Shown here: positions 48,301 to 63,680 of the stretch, piece by piece | Position numbering within the stretch: the first letter of the stretch is position 1 | Layout: each line of letters opens with the position of its first letter | Translations under genes and position numbers: made by a program | Origin: Paraspadella gotoi | Taxonomy: Eukaryota; Animalia; Chaetognatha | Length of the DNA stretch: 64,000 nt | Direction of reading: 5' to 3' | NCBI GenBank assembly: GCA_051294375.1 | Contig: CM119263.1 | Span: forward strand, 5,906,382 to 5,970,381 | The notes under the pieces: generated by a model | Told to the model about the DNA's origin: nothing | Seen by the model: the letters and a program-made list of their open reading frames with translations, nothing else | Databases searched by the model: none

Positions 48301-50487
48301 ACTAAAGAGGGAAATAACAAAGGAGAATAAGGGAAAGGACCAGACCATAGAGCGGGATTAGAAAAAGGAAGAAAGAACATGAAAAAGAAATCAAACAAGA
48401 AAAAGGGAGGGAAAAAGACAAGGACATGAAAGATAGAACAAGAGAAAGCATAAAAAGGCAATGAATCAATCGAAATGCCGCATCACCTCCTTTCTTTGCC
48501 CATCTTTCGCTTCGTCGGCGTCAGTCCAGTCGTCAATCCTCGTCCAGCTCGACAAAAGCAACTTCCAGAGAAGAACTCGAAAAGGAAATGAGTGAATCTT
48601 CTACGAGTGAATAAGTGGAGGAACGTGACGAGAGAGGACGAGCAAAGGACAGAGAGAGGGCAGCGCAGGAAGACGGGAAAGGAAGACTGAACCAAAATCC
48701 GGGAGGCTGAGACTCCGAGGTAAAAGCAGAATAGAGAAAAACACAAAAGAAAAACTGAGACACGGAATGGCGTGTGACAGGAATCGTTAATCGCCTTTTA
48801 CCTCAACTTAATCAACCACATCGCCAGAAGCCAACCTCTGTAACCATTCCAAAGATTCTACAGCGCTATACACACGACTTTACCCTCATCTGACGCACAA
48901 CTTCACGCGACGTGTAGATCGACCCCATCACGGAGTGTGATATTAACCCCAGCACGCGACTTATATCTCTCTCGACCGCTGAGTTCCGAAACATAAGACG
49001 TCTCCAGCTGGGGAAAGATGCCTATGGCATTACGGGATCGACACGACGACGTTGAAGACAGATGACCGACGCGACGAGCGATATGGTGAAAGACACATTA
49101 GAGGACCGTACGGACGATGACAGAACAAGACCGATGTCGACTGTTCAGACACAACGGTCGACCGACGACCGAGTGACGCACGAACGACAGGCACGACGTA
49201 TGAAGCACGCTACCCGATGACTGACACGACCGCAACGCCATGAAGAAAATGACGACGCGACGATATCGAAAACACCAGACTGATGTCAATGGTAGACGAC
49301 CGAGGAGGACGGGGGACGATACGACGACAACGATTGACGCGGCACAAACCTCGTGACGATCTTTGCCTGTCGTATCACGAAACTAAACGGATTTTCTTTG
49401 TGTTGGGTGAAATCGCAGGATGAACGTAAACGGACGATCGGCACGACGACGTATTTCCGACGACAACGATGAAGAACGACGACCGACGATGATCCGACGA
49501 GCCGACACCGCTAGGCAAGACTAGGAAGGAACGACTACAAGGACGAAACTGAACGACTACGACACTGGTCGACTCGACCAAGAGCGGGACGACGACCGGC
49601 GCATGGAAGACGAACACGATAAAGACGACTGCACACGACGATGACGAGTAAAAATCGAGTCGCACATCACGCTGCACCGTAGACAAAAAACAACATCTTC
49701 ATCGATCAGACCGCACAAGCGACGACCGACGACGACGACGACGTACCGACGACGCACGACTTACCTTCCATTCCCGCAGATCTCGCAATACTCCTGGTCT
49801 TACCTTTGTGTACCACGTTTATCGCCGAACAAATTCGACCGTCGTTGTTTACTCGGGGGCTGTCGCTCAGCATCCCTCGTCGTACGTAGACCGTCGTCGA
49901 TCTCGTGTCGCAGAGTGCGTCCGCCGAGCGTGCACAAGCCTCGTTCGTGGCCATCAACAACTCCGGCAAATTGTTTCCCCCGGAAGGACGCTTTTGAAGG
50001 AACGGATTGCTGCAAGGAGAAGTTGATTGAATTCTCTGCCATTCATTCATCTTTAACTAATCTATTACCCTATTCAATCTTCGTAACTCCTATCTTTGAT
50101 GTAACGCAGGGAATTCCGGGTCGATGTGCATTGAATTGATTGGATGAATTATCTGATTGACTGATTTGACCTGTGCACCCTTGATTGACTTGATTCTGAT
50201 GACTTTTCCTACCAACTCCTTCCCCGTGTGCTCCGTCTAGTCGAATGTTCTGAGCAGCAAATGTCACCTCGATCGAAGCAACTACAGGCGTATCTGTAGC
50301 TGCGAGATCCAAGTCGGCCATCTCCGACTCCTGCGAGACGGTAGATAAAGTAATTTAAAAAAAAAGAAATAAGAAAAAGAAACATACCGCCCGGGCAGAA
50401 ACACAGAGAAAGACGCGAGCAAAACGAATAAGAAGAAAGCAAGAGACTCTGTGAGAGAGAGAAGAAGAGAGACGTAGAAGAGAGGCC
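45350..50487. other. Low-quality, probably single-read sequence including a poly-C tract at 46753-47250
   Basis: No coherent exons, scrambled simple repeats and irregular homopolymer runs; ends at the N gap. Confidence 0.6.
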
Positions 50488-50512
50488 NNNNNNNNNNNNN
50501 NNNNNNNNNNNN
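50488..50512. other. Assembly gap (25 N)
   Basis: Run of 25 n. Confidence 1.
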
Positions 50513-53500
50513 GAGGACGATTTCGCGGCCAAGGCGGCGAACTCCGTTTCATCGACTCCCACTCTTCCCATGATGTCAAAAACAATCTTCTGCAGTTGCG
50601 CGTCACGATCTGGACCCCAACGATCGACGCCCCGCTTTCGATTCCGTCACTTGGATTCGACTCGAGGAGCACGACGCTTCCCTGGCGAGGGGAGAAGGGA
50701 GGAGGGCGTAGGGGGGGGAGATGAGAAAGAGGGGTAAGGGAAGAAGAAGAGGCAAAGGGGGAGAGAGAAGAATGTTTAATTGGAAAAGGGGATCAATAAA
50801 TGGAAAAAGAAAACCTTAATGAGGAGAAAAGGGAAAAGAGATGAACCAATGGCAGTGAAGAGCCAAAGAAATATAATTGACATCGAAGTGTTCGAATTAT
50901 TCACGACTATACTTTTAAACGTTTAATTTAAGACGAAAAGTTTAAGCATCTGATACCACAGTTGTTCACCTGTTTGTTCGAATTCGATCTAAAAAGCAAA
51001 CTAATGAATGATGAAGTTCCATCGCTGAATCCTTTTTAGCAGGCGACATCTGATCGTCGACGTTTGTAAGTGGAGCTGGGGAAAAATCGGGAACCTGATT
51101 AAACGAAAGGGGAACTGACCGATGTGATTTGAGTAACGCACTGTATATTTGTTTTTTGTCTTGTTAATGTCTTTTTTAAGCGGTTAATGACCACAGTAGC
51201 GAATAGAGTTAAAACAAATTAATCCGATTTAATAATTATAAAAACAATAAATAATTTTGATGACTAGAAGAATCTCAATTTGAGTGCAAAAATCTTTACT
51301 TTTCCCTCGCCCAATGAATTAGACAGACGCAATTCCTCGAAGGCGAAAGTCACTTTTAATCTGAGGAGACACAAGCAATTGTGGATCGCCGGCATTACTT
51401 AGGAACATTAAGCGACAGAAAAACAGATACAGAAGAGAGACAGAGAACTATTTAGTGGGAGGAAAAAAAAAAGGACGGAACACTACGAATGAGGGAAAAA
51501 CGTGGAAAAAAAAAGTATGTAGGAGCGACACAACAAGAAAGTAGCCTCGCATCGAGGGAAACGGATTGATCGTGAAGACAAGAGTTTCTTGTAATGTCAA
51601 TGGAGTTAAAAATATAGTTTTCTTTTTTTATTACATCCTTCCCTTAAAAGTTTAGAAGGAAAAACCAAATTATAAATTAATGTAATTTCCTTATCTCTTG
51701 TCCCTATCCCGGCCACTGCTCTTGTAAAAACATAAAGGAAAACTAACAATGAAAAAATTTAAACTAAATTATTTCTTATATTTTTATTTAAACTGTCACT
51801 TGCCCGACTTTGAAAGTTTGATGAAACACGCAACGAGAAGATTATTTCAATAAAGGCAACGCCCCTCACCAATATATACCAGTGAGTTTTTATACCTTAC
51901 CCCGATCTAGAGTTGGAAAAATCAACGTCTGCACGCTTGGAGATTTGATGTATTCGCAAAACCCAAGGGGAAATTCTCGTCTCATCGTGTTTACAGTGGA
52001 GCCGGCGGGCGTACACGTTATCGATCCCCGCCATCATGTTCCGAGGCCAGTATACGTTCATTTTTCTATTCACCCTCGTCCTGATTGCTAAATGAGAAAA
52101 AGAAGAAAGTTTGTTTTTTTAGGATTGTAGCGGCGCAGCGAGGAGGTCAATAAATTAAGAAGAACGATGATATAGGGCTAATCTTTTTATCTTTGAGATC
52201 CAATATTATCTTAAAGGGAACAAATCTCTTAGGAAACGCGGATAGAACTAATACTGAATATTGGATTTTCACATACTTGGAAAAAAAATATAATACAAAC
52301 TTATATTACAACATAGTTTAGCTGACAAATCAGGCGCCCGCATTTATGAGAATAAGAATCAAAAATACATTAATTAACATTTGAATCAGCAATCAAGCAA
52401 TCAAACAGGAGGAAGGAACTCACCTGTTTTTAAAGTATTTTCAGGGCAGGGCGCCTGCCTACCTGCCCCCAGTCCAAGGCGGGTGTCGCTTCATTCGATG
52501 CTTTCCTCCTGGCATATGGATCCTCTCTCACGGTGCCTGGATAGAGGATGTTGAGATGGACAGGGAGAGAGGGATGAGAGGGAGAGCGAGAGGCGAGGGT
52601 TGAGAGAGGGAGAGGTGAGAGGGATGAGAGTAGAGGGCCCAGAATAAACAAGGGAGACCAGGTCTTAAAAGTTTGACTCCCCCGTTTCATTTTTGTTTCT
52701 TCTTTTTCTCATTTTCCTATTCTTTTTTCTTTTCTTTCTTTTTCTTTCTCTTCTTTCTTTCTTTCTTTCGTTCTTTTTTTTTCTTTTCTTCTTTTTCTTT
52801 TCTTTTTCTTTCTTTCTTTCTTTTTTTCTTTCTTTTCCTTCTTCCCTCTCTCACCCTCTCTTTTCATCCCAATTTCAAGGCATTTTAGGGAAGCGACAGT
52901 ATTGGCAAGAATTTCTCGTGGTTTTTCTGATGACGCCAAGATTGGAAATTTTCCTTGCATTTGTAAGTGACGGTCTTTCTGCACAGGTTGCGTTTGAAGA
53001 ATCCTTGCATCCTTCGCAACATGACAAACTGAATAGTGATACGGGAATCCTCGATCGCCCTGTTGGGGGTATGAGAGGGGAGAGCTTTTGTTTGTAATGT
53101 TTTAATCATTAGAATATATTAAAACATTAAATATATTTTAAACAGGAGTCTATGTTTCAAGGAAATGAGTACGACTGCTACTTGAGCCCTAGGAAAGCCA
53201 TACGAATTCAAAAACTACCCCAATCAGGCAACAGCCACAACGACAAACAACTACCAAATATCCATTTCACGACCGCCACAATAATATTAACAAGAACAAA
53301 ACGGTTCGACCACAAAAAAACAAAATCCCGAACTTGGGAAACTCACGAGCAAAATTTAGACCAAAACTCGGCCTTCTTCCCCATCGAGAATTTATGAAAG
53401 TCTATTGGACGCCGCCCGGACCTTCCGCCTTCGTCGGAGAGTCCACATGCGGTCTTGCCCGCCGAATCGGCCGCTTGCCGCACTCCACGCTGCCGCACCC

Positions 53501-56500
53501 TCGACCCACCGCTGCACGCCGCCCGACTTGCCGCCGACGCCGACGCGCCGACGCCGCCGACCGCCCGCCGAGGACGCCTGCCAAAAAAACTCTGCCTTTC
53601 CAAAATCTTCGCATTGACTTCAAACGGCTTTATCGACATAATTTGCTACTGACGAAAACGAAGTTTTGTTTTTTTTTTTTCTTGTTGTTTTATTTAATTT
53701 AATTCTCATTTTTAATTCTATTTTGTTTCTATTACTTCTTTTTGCGTTTGATTTTGAGTTCAAAAAATTTTTCTGTTCGCTCAAGTTTAGATTTTTTTTT
53801 TTTTTCTTTTTTTTTTTTTGCTTCATTACATAACGAGGTAATTCGCGGAATTCTCTCTGTCCTCTTAGTTCAGGCCTACATGCCGACGTCCGCCGAACGA
53901 GAAGAAGAGACGTAGAGTGGGGAGAGGGAGAGAGAGAGACTCGAAGATAGAGAGAGATGAGAGGAGAGAGAGAGACAGAGAAGTAAGAGAAGAGTAGAGA
54001 CGAAGAGATGAGAGGAGAGTAGCCGTTTTCTGACTTTGCAGTTTCTCTTTTGCCTCGATTTTAGTTACGCAATCAACTTTCTGAAGAACATTTCTCTGTT
54101 TCTTCGTTTCCCAAACCCTAAAAAAAATAATTGCTTATATAGCAATCAATTTTACCATTCAAATCAATCAATTAAAATCATTTTTCGGGCTCTGTTTCCT
54201 CTTCGTTTTTTTCTCAAGCAGCTCGTTCTCTTTTACACAAAATGGAAAAAAATTTCGGAGGAGCCCGAATTTCTCAGAGCTCGACTGAATCCACGTGCAG
54301 CTGAAATGCAGGCTGAGCTGCGGTCGGTACTTGACCGTAAGGCGGCGACTGGCGCGCAGCTGGACAGAGCGTTAACATTTCGATTCACGATTAATTCAAT
54401 GGGTTTTTTTTTCAGCGGAGGATTAGTTTGGCAATTATGGTAACTTAAATATGGTCTTTGTTATATTAATATAACTTAAAAATTTATTTTAACTGCCCAC
54501 AATAGTCGTTTTAAGAAATTAAAAAATAAACTGCAAAAACTCTATAGGCGGAAATGGTAAACTTATGCAAATGCCTCGAATACATTTCTATGATTTTCAT
54601 GACAAAAAAGTTTATAGTATCTTGACTTCGAACAATTTAAAGAAAATTGCTATTTTACAATTTTTGTACTTCATTCTTGTTATTAACTCCTTTTTAATAT
54701 TTATATTAATCCAGGCGAGGGTTATCGGCGAACCCCGAACTCCTTTTCCGTTTCCACCTGATTTCGGCGTTCCGCCGAAACAGGTCGGGCTGGCCCAAGC
54801 ACGCGGAGGCAGCGACTTTGAGCCGGTGATTCGGGTCGGTCTATACTTATGTTCTGCAATACAGCTTATCGTGCCCCGTTCAGGCGCATTCCGTCGCGGC
54901 CAGCGAAACGGAGCGGCGCATCCTCCTTTTTTACTGCTTTCGAGGGTCGTTTGAGGCACAGTTTTCGATGACATAACAAGTCAAACTTGAGGAGAGAGAG
55001 ACGACGAGAGAAGAACCGAAGAAGCACAGTCTAGCACGAGAGAGAGAGACAGAGAGAACAGAGAGGAGAGGAGGATGACGAAGGGAGAGAGAGAGAGAGG
55101 ATGACGAGAGCAGCATTTTTGAAAATTTGAAAATCACTGAATATCGACGATGAGAAAACTATCGTACAAGGAGGTTAAGGGTGAAAGAAGGGAAGCGAGA
55201 ATAAGAGGGTGAGAAAGAAAAAAAAAAGACTAAGAAAATTGAAAAAAAAGTAAGAAACAGGAGAAAGAAAAGACATAGGCAAAGAGGTTAATAGGAAAGA
55301 AAAGAAAGGAAAGAGAGTAAAAAAATAGACAAAGAAATGAAGGAATGTAAAAGAAAAGAGAAAGAAATGAAATATTGTCATATAGGCAGAAGAAACCGAG
55401 AGAAGAAAAGTAAAACAAAAAAGGAAACGCTATTATATTTCCCTAAAAAAATGTTATATTAATTGTTTAAATGTTTTTTTTTTAGTTTTGCCGAAATTCC
55501 CGTTTTTTTGCCTGTCGTCCCAATTTTTTAAAACTTCGTCTTCTCCCGTAGCATATTTTTATTTACATAACACCGCCTTTCTTTTGCATCGTCCAATGCA
55601 CGCAAAACGGCCCGACCAGTATTTAAAACCGGCAAGAAACACACCAGAGCTTTTATTGTTTTTTTTTCTTCTTGACGTAGGCAAAAAGAAAAAAAAATCG
55701 GGAACAAGAAGAAATAGTTGGCCGAGGGGCGCTACATGAGACCGGACTCCGCCGGACTGGTCCTAGCGGCATTCGGTTTTTTTAAGGCTACGAAATGCCT
55801 CATGGCTGGTATGAAATTTATCAACTGGCGGTTTTCCCTATAAAACCCTCCCCCTCCATCCAGAATCCCGAACTACCCGTCCTTATATATAACTGAATTC
55901 ATACATCACCCATTTTTAAGGATTAACGTCTAATTTTTTTTAACGTTATAGCATATAGAACCTGTAAATTAAACCATAGTAAAATCAAGCAAAAATTGCC
56001 CAATGATACTAGTATACCCTGAACTAATATCAACCGACCGTGATAAACACTAGATTAAGACATGCCGTCCAGTGTTTAAAATAGGCCGTGTGTGTTAAAA
56101 TTTGTATTACACTGACCAACAGAACCAAAATCGTTAACAAGACCAACCGTGTACTTGAGGACAACTATATAATTATCGAACCAGCCGTGTATTCACGACC
56201 GACCAGTGTATTCAGATCCGACCGTGTATTAAGAACGAGGAAATAATAGTAAAACTCGAACAGCGGTATACATTAAGACCGACATGTCGAGGCCCATGAG
56301 ATGATGACGCACCGATCTCGGGAACAAGACACCGACAGTATGTCAAGGCGGTCCAACCCAATCTGTACAGCGAACACTGTGACAATCCGAAAGCGGGCAG
56401 CATTTTGACAGAACCCGATAACCCGGAGCGATACTATGAAAAATTGAGAGGAATAAAAGATTGAACCCGGCGAAGCTATAATAACCCTGCGTCGCTTCCT

Positions 56501-59500
56501 GGTCTTGTTTATTGTTAGTAAAGAAATGGTATAATATTAAATAATCCCCGCATATCCCCTGGTCTCGACTTTAAAAATTTGTTTTTTAATATTATTTTCA
56601 ACATTTTAAAATTGTTTGCCTCCTAATTATCGAGCTTGACGGCGAAGCCAGCTGGTCAAGGCTCTATAATGTTTTAGGGTTGCTTCTTTGTGACGTCGTC
56701 GTCGTTCGTTCCGTCGTGGGTCACCCGCTGTTCATATATAAAAACTACTACGCTTTATAGGTTGGCTGTGACTTACCGTTTTTTTAAAATAAAAATTATT
56801 ATGAATTATGATAATAGTTTTACAAAGCTCTTTTCTTCCGCGTGCGATCATAGTAATTTTCAAAGATATTAGTAATAATGGCTTTTCATCTTTGAAAATA
56901 GTCTGTGATATTTTGCAATATACATTTGGGATTTAATTATTTTTGTTGAATTTCCACTTCATTATGATTTACTGCATACTATTGACAAAATTGAGATTAT
57001 AGTTACTATTTTATACTAATATCCAATTTAGTTATTATAAGACAAACTCCGCTTTAAACTAATTTACATATTCGCCAGTATTCTATAATTATTCGCGCAA
57101 GATTGAAATTCAAAAAATTCTGTTTTTTTAAGACGGCTCTAATAAAAAATGGTACTCAAAGGATTTTTTAATGCACGAAGCTATTACTCTTAAATTTTTA
57201 ATACAAATAAACAAAATTACGAAATCTTTACAAGCTGCGACTTGCGAAAACTTAATTGGTGAAATAATGTTCCAATTTGTAATAGCCACTAATCCGTAAC
57301 GATTTTTGCTTTTCTTTTATTTATATTATATATATTTTTTTTTGATACGACGCTGCCTTTTCGTGGAATTCGTGTGGTTCTGAAAGATACGAGTTAAGTT
57401 TCTTTCTCCTGTCTCTGCTGGTTTTCGCACCGCCACGTCGTCGTCGTCTTACGTTCTCGCAAGCACTCGTCGTTCTGGGTTGTTTCCGCGGATCTCTTTT
57501 GGCGCCGTTCGCTCCGTGATCGTGGTGCGTATTTTTTCCGCACAACACTTCGCATGTTATTATTTTTTCTCTTTCTAAAAAACATATATATTTGATCAGA
57601 GCGCTCTCCTTTCTGAATCGTTTAAAATAAACGAGTTAGGCTCTCTCTCTCTCTCCCTTCCTTCGGTGCCTCTTCGTCGTCGTTCTCGCTCCTCCCTACG
57701 TCTCTCTCATCGTTCGTTCTGCTGTCTTCTCTCTCTCTGCGCTTCTCGTCTTTTTTTTCTTGTCGTTTGTACATATACAAAAATTTATTCCACCGTTTTT
57801 GCTTTACCAACTCGTTTTTTGAAAAATTTCTTATTATGTTCCTTCCTTCTATTCATACTTTTTATCGTTTATGCCTCACATCCAATTTACTTAACCGCGG
57901 AGCTCCTCTTTCCTTTTCCAATACACATCAACAATTTACTCCCAACGTTTCTTTTTTTTTTCTGAGTATAAATTATAATGATGAGCGTCCAGGTGGAATA
58001 TTTTCTCCGCCTAGACGGATGAAATTGTCTTGATCAGAACAGGTGACTTCACATAATTGATACTTTCATTCCAACTTAATCATTTATTCAAACAATCGCG
58101 GAGTTATATTGATTTCTCCCTCTCCTCTCAATTGTTCTTCGGTTTTTTTTTTTTTCCTGTTTCCTTTTTTTTCATTTTATTTATTTTTTCCTCCTTCTTT
58201 TTCCTTCCATATTCGCGTTTCTCTCTCTTTTCCATATTTCCACCTACTGATTCGCCTCGTACTCACTCTTGCTTTAACCTTTCTTCGCTCTTTTCCTTTG
58301 CCTTTTCTCTGCCACTTCTGTTTCCTTCCTTTTTTTACGCTCTCTTTTTTTCCTTCCCTCTCTCTTCCTTTCTTCCTTCCTTGCTTCCTTTCCCTTTTAT
58401 ACGGCTCTTTAGCTTTTTTCTTTTCTCCTTCCTTCCTTCCTTTCCCTTCCTTCCTTGCCTTCCTTCCTTTCTTCCTTTTTTACCCTTCTTCCCTTCCTTC
58501 CTTTCCATACTTCCTTCCTTCCTTCCTTATTCCTCTCCTTCTCCTTCCTTCCTTCCTTCCTCCTTTCCGCTGGATTCCTTCACTTATTGACCCCCTAACG
58601 TATTTAACGCTTTTTCCGTTCATTCCCGATTCGCTAACTTACTACTTTATTAAATTACCCCTATATTATTTTCTTGGAGCCTCTTCATACCCCTGTGGGA
58701 ACCGCTATATTGGTTTACCGATATAAACGCTACTACTTATATAATATGGTTTAATAAACTTTAGTTTAATTCTAGAAAAAGAAATCACTCTCCACTAAGA
58801 TAAAAAATATAATACTCAAAAGTGCAACAGTTGTACCTAAAAATTCTACGTTAGGACGTTCAAATGTGATGAGACAGGGAAAACTCTGTGCTACTCTCTA
58901 GGCAACAGAAAAAATTATACTCCTCTTCTCTTCTCTCTTTAACTTCTTTCCTTTAAGACTCTTTTCCTCTTTCTCTTTTTTCTCGCCGTGACTCTTCCGC
59001 TTCTCTTTTTCTACCCCCAATCAAATATCACTCTTCTCCTCATCTATCATACTACACTCTCTTCTTTTCATTTCTCTAACCTCGACTCATCTCTCTCTTC
59101 TTCATATATATCGCTCTCTTTTACAAAGAGACACACGAACTATTCCTCCTCTGTTCACATCCAATGTCACGCATCCCGTCTCTCACATATTCGTCTAGTC
59201 ACTGGTCTCTCTTCTCTCCTCTCTCTCTCCCCTTCTACCTCTTCCTATATTCTCTTTCTTTCTCTATCTGTTCTCTCTCTCTCTTTCTCTTCTTTCTAAT
59301 TCTCTCTCTCTTTACTCGCCGCTATCAAAAATAATTTTTAGTCAACCTTTTTTTTATCCGATCTCCGTCTCATTGCGTCTTCTACAGATCGCCTCATGGT
59401 GGTTTACACACGAGTTTCCGGCTTCTCTCTACTCTCTCTTTCTTTTTTACAAAAAACAAATACATACTCTCTTTCACGTCACTTTTTTTTCACTCTCTCT

Positions 59501-62500
59501 CTCTCTTCTCCTCTTTCGTTTCTCCTGCTCCTCTCTCTCTATGTAGACTCGCTATCATGCCTGTCTCTCTTTTGATAAACACCTCTCCTTTGATTTCATT
59601 CTTCTCTCTCCCTCTCTAAAAACTTTTATTAGTTTTCGCCAATATTTTCATTTTTTTTTTCCTATACAAAATCCCAAATTTATACATTCCGAGATTTTCA
59701 TGGATTCTCTTATAAGATATTACATAACGCGGGCAAGATACAAATATATCCTAATGTCAGGGCAACTGTATCACACCACTGTTGACTATTCCCTACCGCC
59801 TTTGCTGCTGTACATATAGCTGCTTACATATCGTTTCTCCTCGAAATTGGGCAATCCCACTCTGCCGCCTCGGCTACTTCCCTGTTTTTCACTTAATTTA
59901 ATTTATCAGTATGCATAACTCTACTTTTAACAAACAAAACTATTATTTTTTGCTTCGCTTCTTTTTATTATCTGCTTATAACACCTCTCTGGATCCGTGG
60001 TCTCGTCAATACGCCCTACTTCCATTGCGCTAAATTACTTAGCTCTAAAAATATGGAGTTGCAGAAGGAGAGACTATTGTCCCAATATCCTCTCAACTTT
60101 AATAAATACATATTTATACTTTTTCTCTTGTTGTCAGTGTCCTAATATATTTCTTTACACTTTAAAATCTCTGTGTAAAATTGTAAATATTTTTTTTATT
60201 TTTTAATCGCTGTTATTCGATATTAATCTTCTTTTCATCTTTATACCTCTCGTTCTCTTTCAACTAATCCGAGCATCATCAATAATAATCCTATCTCGAT
60301 GTTTAGGGATACCCACACTAAATTTATTATGTATCTAGATCTTTAATCTACTAGACAAATATGTAAGATTCTCTGACCTCGTCCGGCATCCTTTCCGGTA
60401 TATCTTTCTTAAAAGAATAAGCAACACAATCTCTAACAAATTTCATTCAAATGAAGGAAAAATAGCTTCGTCCCCTACTCAGTATAATTAGCGTCGGATT
60501 CAAAACGATGATTTCAGCTTCTGGTCCTCACGAGGCCAGCGTCCAGTCTTTCTGATTTCTAAAGACATTTTATATTACACGGAGCAGTGAGTAGTAACTG
60601 GACCACGCCTCTCTCACTTCTTTCTTCTCTCTCTCTCTTCTCTCATCATCCTTCTCTCTTCTTTTTCATTCATACCACGCATTTGTTTGTTTTAAATTTA
60701 CGATGAATGAAATCTTCACTCGGGCGTCAAATGAATGTTACTATATCGCATCCAGATGATTATCTATCTATGGAATATCTTAATTGAAATGATTATATCA
60801 CAATCAACTGATATGCACTATGATCGCAGATAACAAGATCATTTGATTATCACCACCTTCAGATTATTTTATTATCATCGCCCATCAATTATTGGTTTAT
60901 CATCGCATCAATATTTGGCGTGTATCATCGCGCATCAATATTTGGTTATCACAAAAAGTAGGGCTCGTCTCCTTGATGCTTTAAGATTTATTTTTTTTTA
61001 TTTCACTTTTCTTATTCCTCCTTCTTTATTTTTTTGTTTTCTTTATATTCCTTTTCCATACCTGGTTGCGTCTCGATAGAAAGATTTTATCGATATAAAA
61101 CACCTACAATTACATATTTATTTTTCTTAATTATTCTCTTTTTCTTGTAATATATTCAATTTAAAATCTTCGTCTTAAAAAGATCTTTTTTCTATCTCGT
61201 AAAATAAACCCAACTGTAATTTAAGTTTAACATTTAAAATTTATAACTTAACTTTTATCTTCTATCATACACCTCTCAAAAATCTTTAATTTCTTATATT
61301 TTTACTTATTTTTTCTTTATTCATCTCATATTACGTTTTTTTTTAATACATCTCATATACACTTTCTTCATGTTTTACTATAAACACTCTCACAGTTACT
61401 CGAACCCAAAACCGGGATTGACTCTGTTCTCTCGCATTCGCGCTCTCGACTGTTATTGTGCAATTGGCCTAATATTTATATACTTAAATCTTTTCCCAGA
61501 TTTCCTCACTTTTCTTTCTTTATATTCGTTTTTCGCGTATTTGTCACTAACCCTCTCAAGATCTCTTTAGACACACTCTCTCTTCCTCTATATCTCTTTG
61601 TTTTCTTTTTTTACACCTTCTAACAAGTGCATGCCATTTTTGCTCGTGAACAAAAACAGCAAATACAATATGCACTAAGTTTCACTACCCATAGATAAAG
61701 ACTCTTGCATCATCACTTCAATCTATCTCAAAATTTCATTTCTCTTACTCTCATAATACCTATCAGTTCTTGTCTACTCTGCTCATCTCTCTACTCATCC
61801 ATCTGCTCTCTCGGTCTATACTCTCTTCCGCTCCTCCTCATCGGCTCATCTCCATTCTCTCTGAGTGACTGGGAAGATGTCGTCACTTACTGTCTGTTGC
61901 AGATTACTAGATCATGTGGTGTTTACCTTAATTAATGAAAATTGATAGATAAAAAAAAAAATAATGATTATAATTAATAAATTGTATTCTATTAATATCT
62001 ATAATTTATAAAATTAAACAAAATGAAAAAAGATTTAGAACAATTATTACCAGAGAGATGAACAGCACATAGTCTGCATTTTTGTGTTTTTGTATGTCCT
62101 CTCTCTAATTATTGTGAAGCTTCTGAACGCATGAAAAGATTTGAATCAAACATTTTAGTTTGTTGGAAAACGAAGACCAACTAAAATTGCCACAAGCGGA
62201 CGTAATACTATGACGTAAAACGATGACGAAATGAGCGTTTCGGTGTGTTTAATATTTAGTTTGTTGTACGCCGCGTTTTTTGAGCAATACAAAGTTGACG
62301 AGTACAAAATATACGACCTGCAAATAGATGAATACCCTAACAATTAATTTAGCTCAAAGGTGGGTCTAAATAGAAATGCCTAATAGTATCTTTTGTGTCT
62401 CGTTCAAGGAAGAGAATAACGTATGAATGACATTCGTGGTATTAACCGCATAGGACGAAGCATGGGGGTGACTCGCATACCTAGTATGAAATACCAGTAT

Positions 62501-63680
62501 ACCTGGTAAATATATAAGCATCGATGAAAATGAGTCACTTAAAAGGATATAGTGTATGATAATATAAAAAACAGAAGGAAAAAATAAAATTACTATTGAG
62601 ATAGTGTGTTGTACTAATTGTTTTGGAATTTATTCTTATGATATCTAGAGTTATAGTAGTGTTTTTTTATATATATTTTATATAACGAAATTTTTCAAAT
62701 TCTCCTGGTCTTTCTTGGGATACTGATGATATGAAATTCTTTTTTTTTTCACAGGATAACATCAATAAATATCCATTCTATACTCAAATCTCTCACTACC
62801 AAAGTAGTCAACGAAAAAATCAAGAAGATGGCCTCCAAGAATATTTTCCTGATTGGAGAAGAGTCTGATAGAAATGAAAGAGTTACAGAGAGCAAGATTT
62901 GGATAGAGAGGTTAAAACTCAATAAGAGTTGCGTCGATTCTCATCTGCAAACTAACGCAAATTTCATCTTCTTGCAATATAACTTTTATCTTTCTCTCGC
63001 TCAACAATAATTCTTTAATGCACTTTTATGACTCTTGTCTCATTCGATACGATTCAAACATCGGCTCTAAACTGCATCACTCTCTCCTTTGCTACTACCA
63101 TCTTCCTTCCCTCTCACGCTTCTTCCCGTCTCACCCAATAGTCAAACAACAACGCATTCTGTCTTTATCTCGACATTAATTAGCTCCTCTTTGACACCTC
63201 AATTGTTTCTCGCGCCTTGTCGTGCTTATATCCTCTCAAGCCGTCCATTGTCAGGCACCGATTGACTGGCACGTACGTTCGACACGTCTGTCGTCGTTAC
63301 GATCCTGTTCTAATCGATTTCCATATATCTGTGGCTGCACTGTATAAAAATTAGAAATTAGCAGGAAGTTCCAGACCAGGAGAGGTTCAGGTTTCCGACG
63401 TGCGACGCAGGCGACTTCACGCGCACACGAGAGACTGATAAGTAACTTATATTTCGTATGTTGTGTTTGTTGTTGTCGTTCCTCTCGAATCAAACTTCGA
63501 CTCAGTTTTTCTCTTTCTCCTTCGCGCAATTGTCTGAAAATTGAAAAAAACATACTCTCTCTCTGCTTCGCGCTCTTGCTTAATCTCTCTCTTGCTGCTT
63601 CGATTTTCTTCTCGCATTAACTTAATGACACGATTTATGGAATAAAATGGATTTTATTTAAAGCCACGCGTGGTGTAAAA
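50513..63680 (-). other. Indel-ridden same-orientation copy of 37402-44840 (nuclear receptor exons 1-7 and upstream DNA); probable uncorrected long read or haplotype duplicate
   Basis: Colinear anchors: 50513=37402, 52855=39470, 53631=40120, 55570=41835, 58770=42541, 60263=43143, 62300=43910, 63490=44619. Differences are mostly single-base insertions that hit exons and introns equally. Confidence 0.88.

Noticed and set aside
50513-53640. Nuclear receptor pseudogene or paralogue
   Set aside because: The error spectrum and gap adjacency indicate a read artefact, so it is not called a pseudogene.
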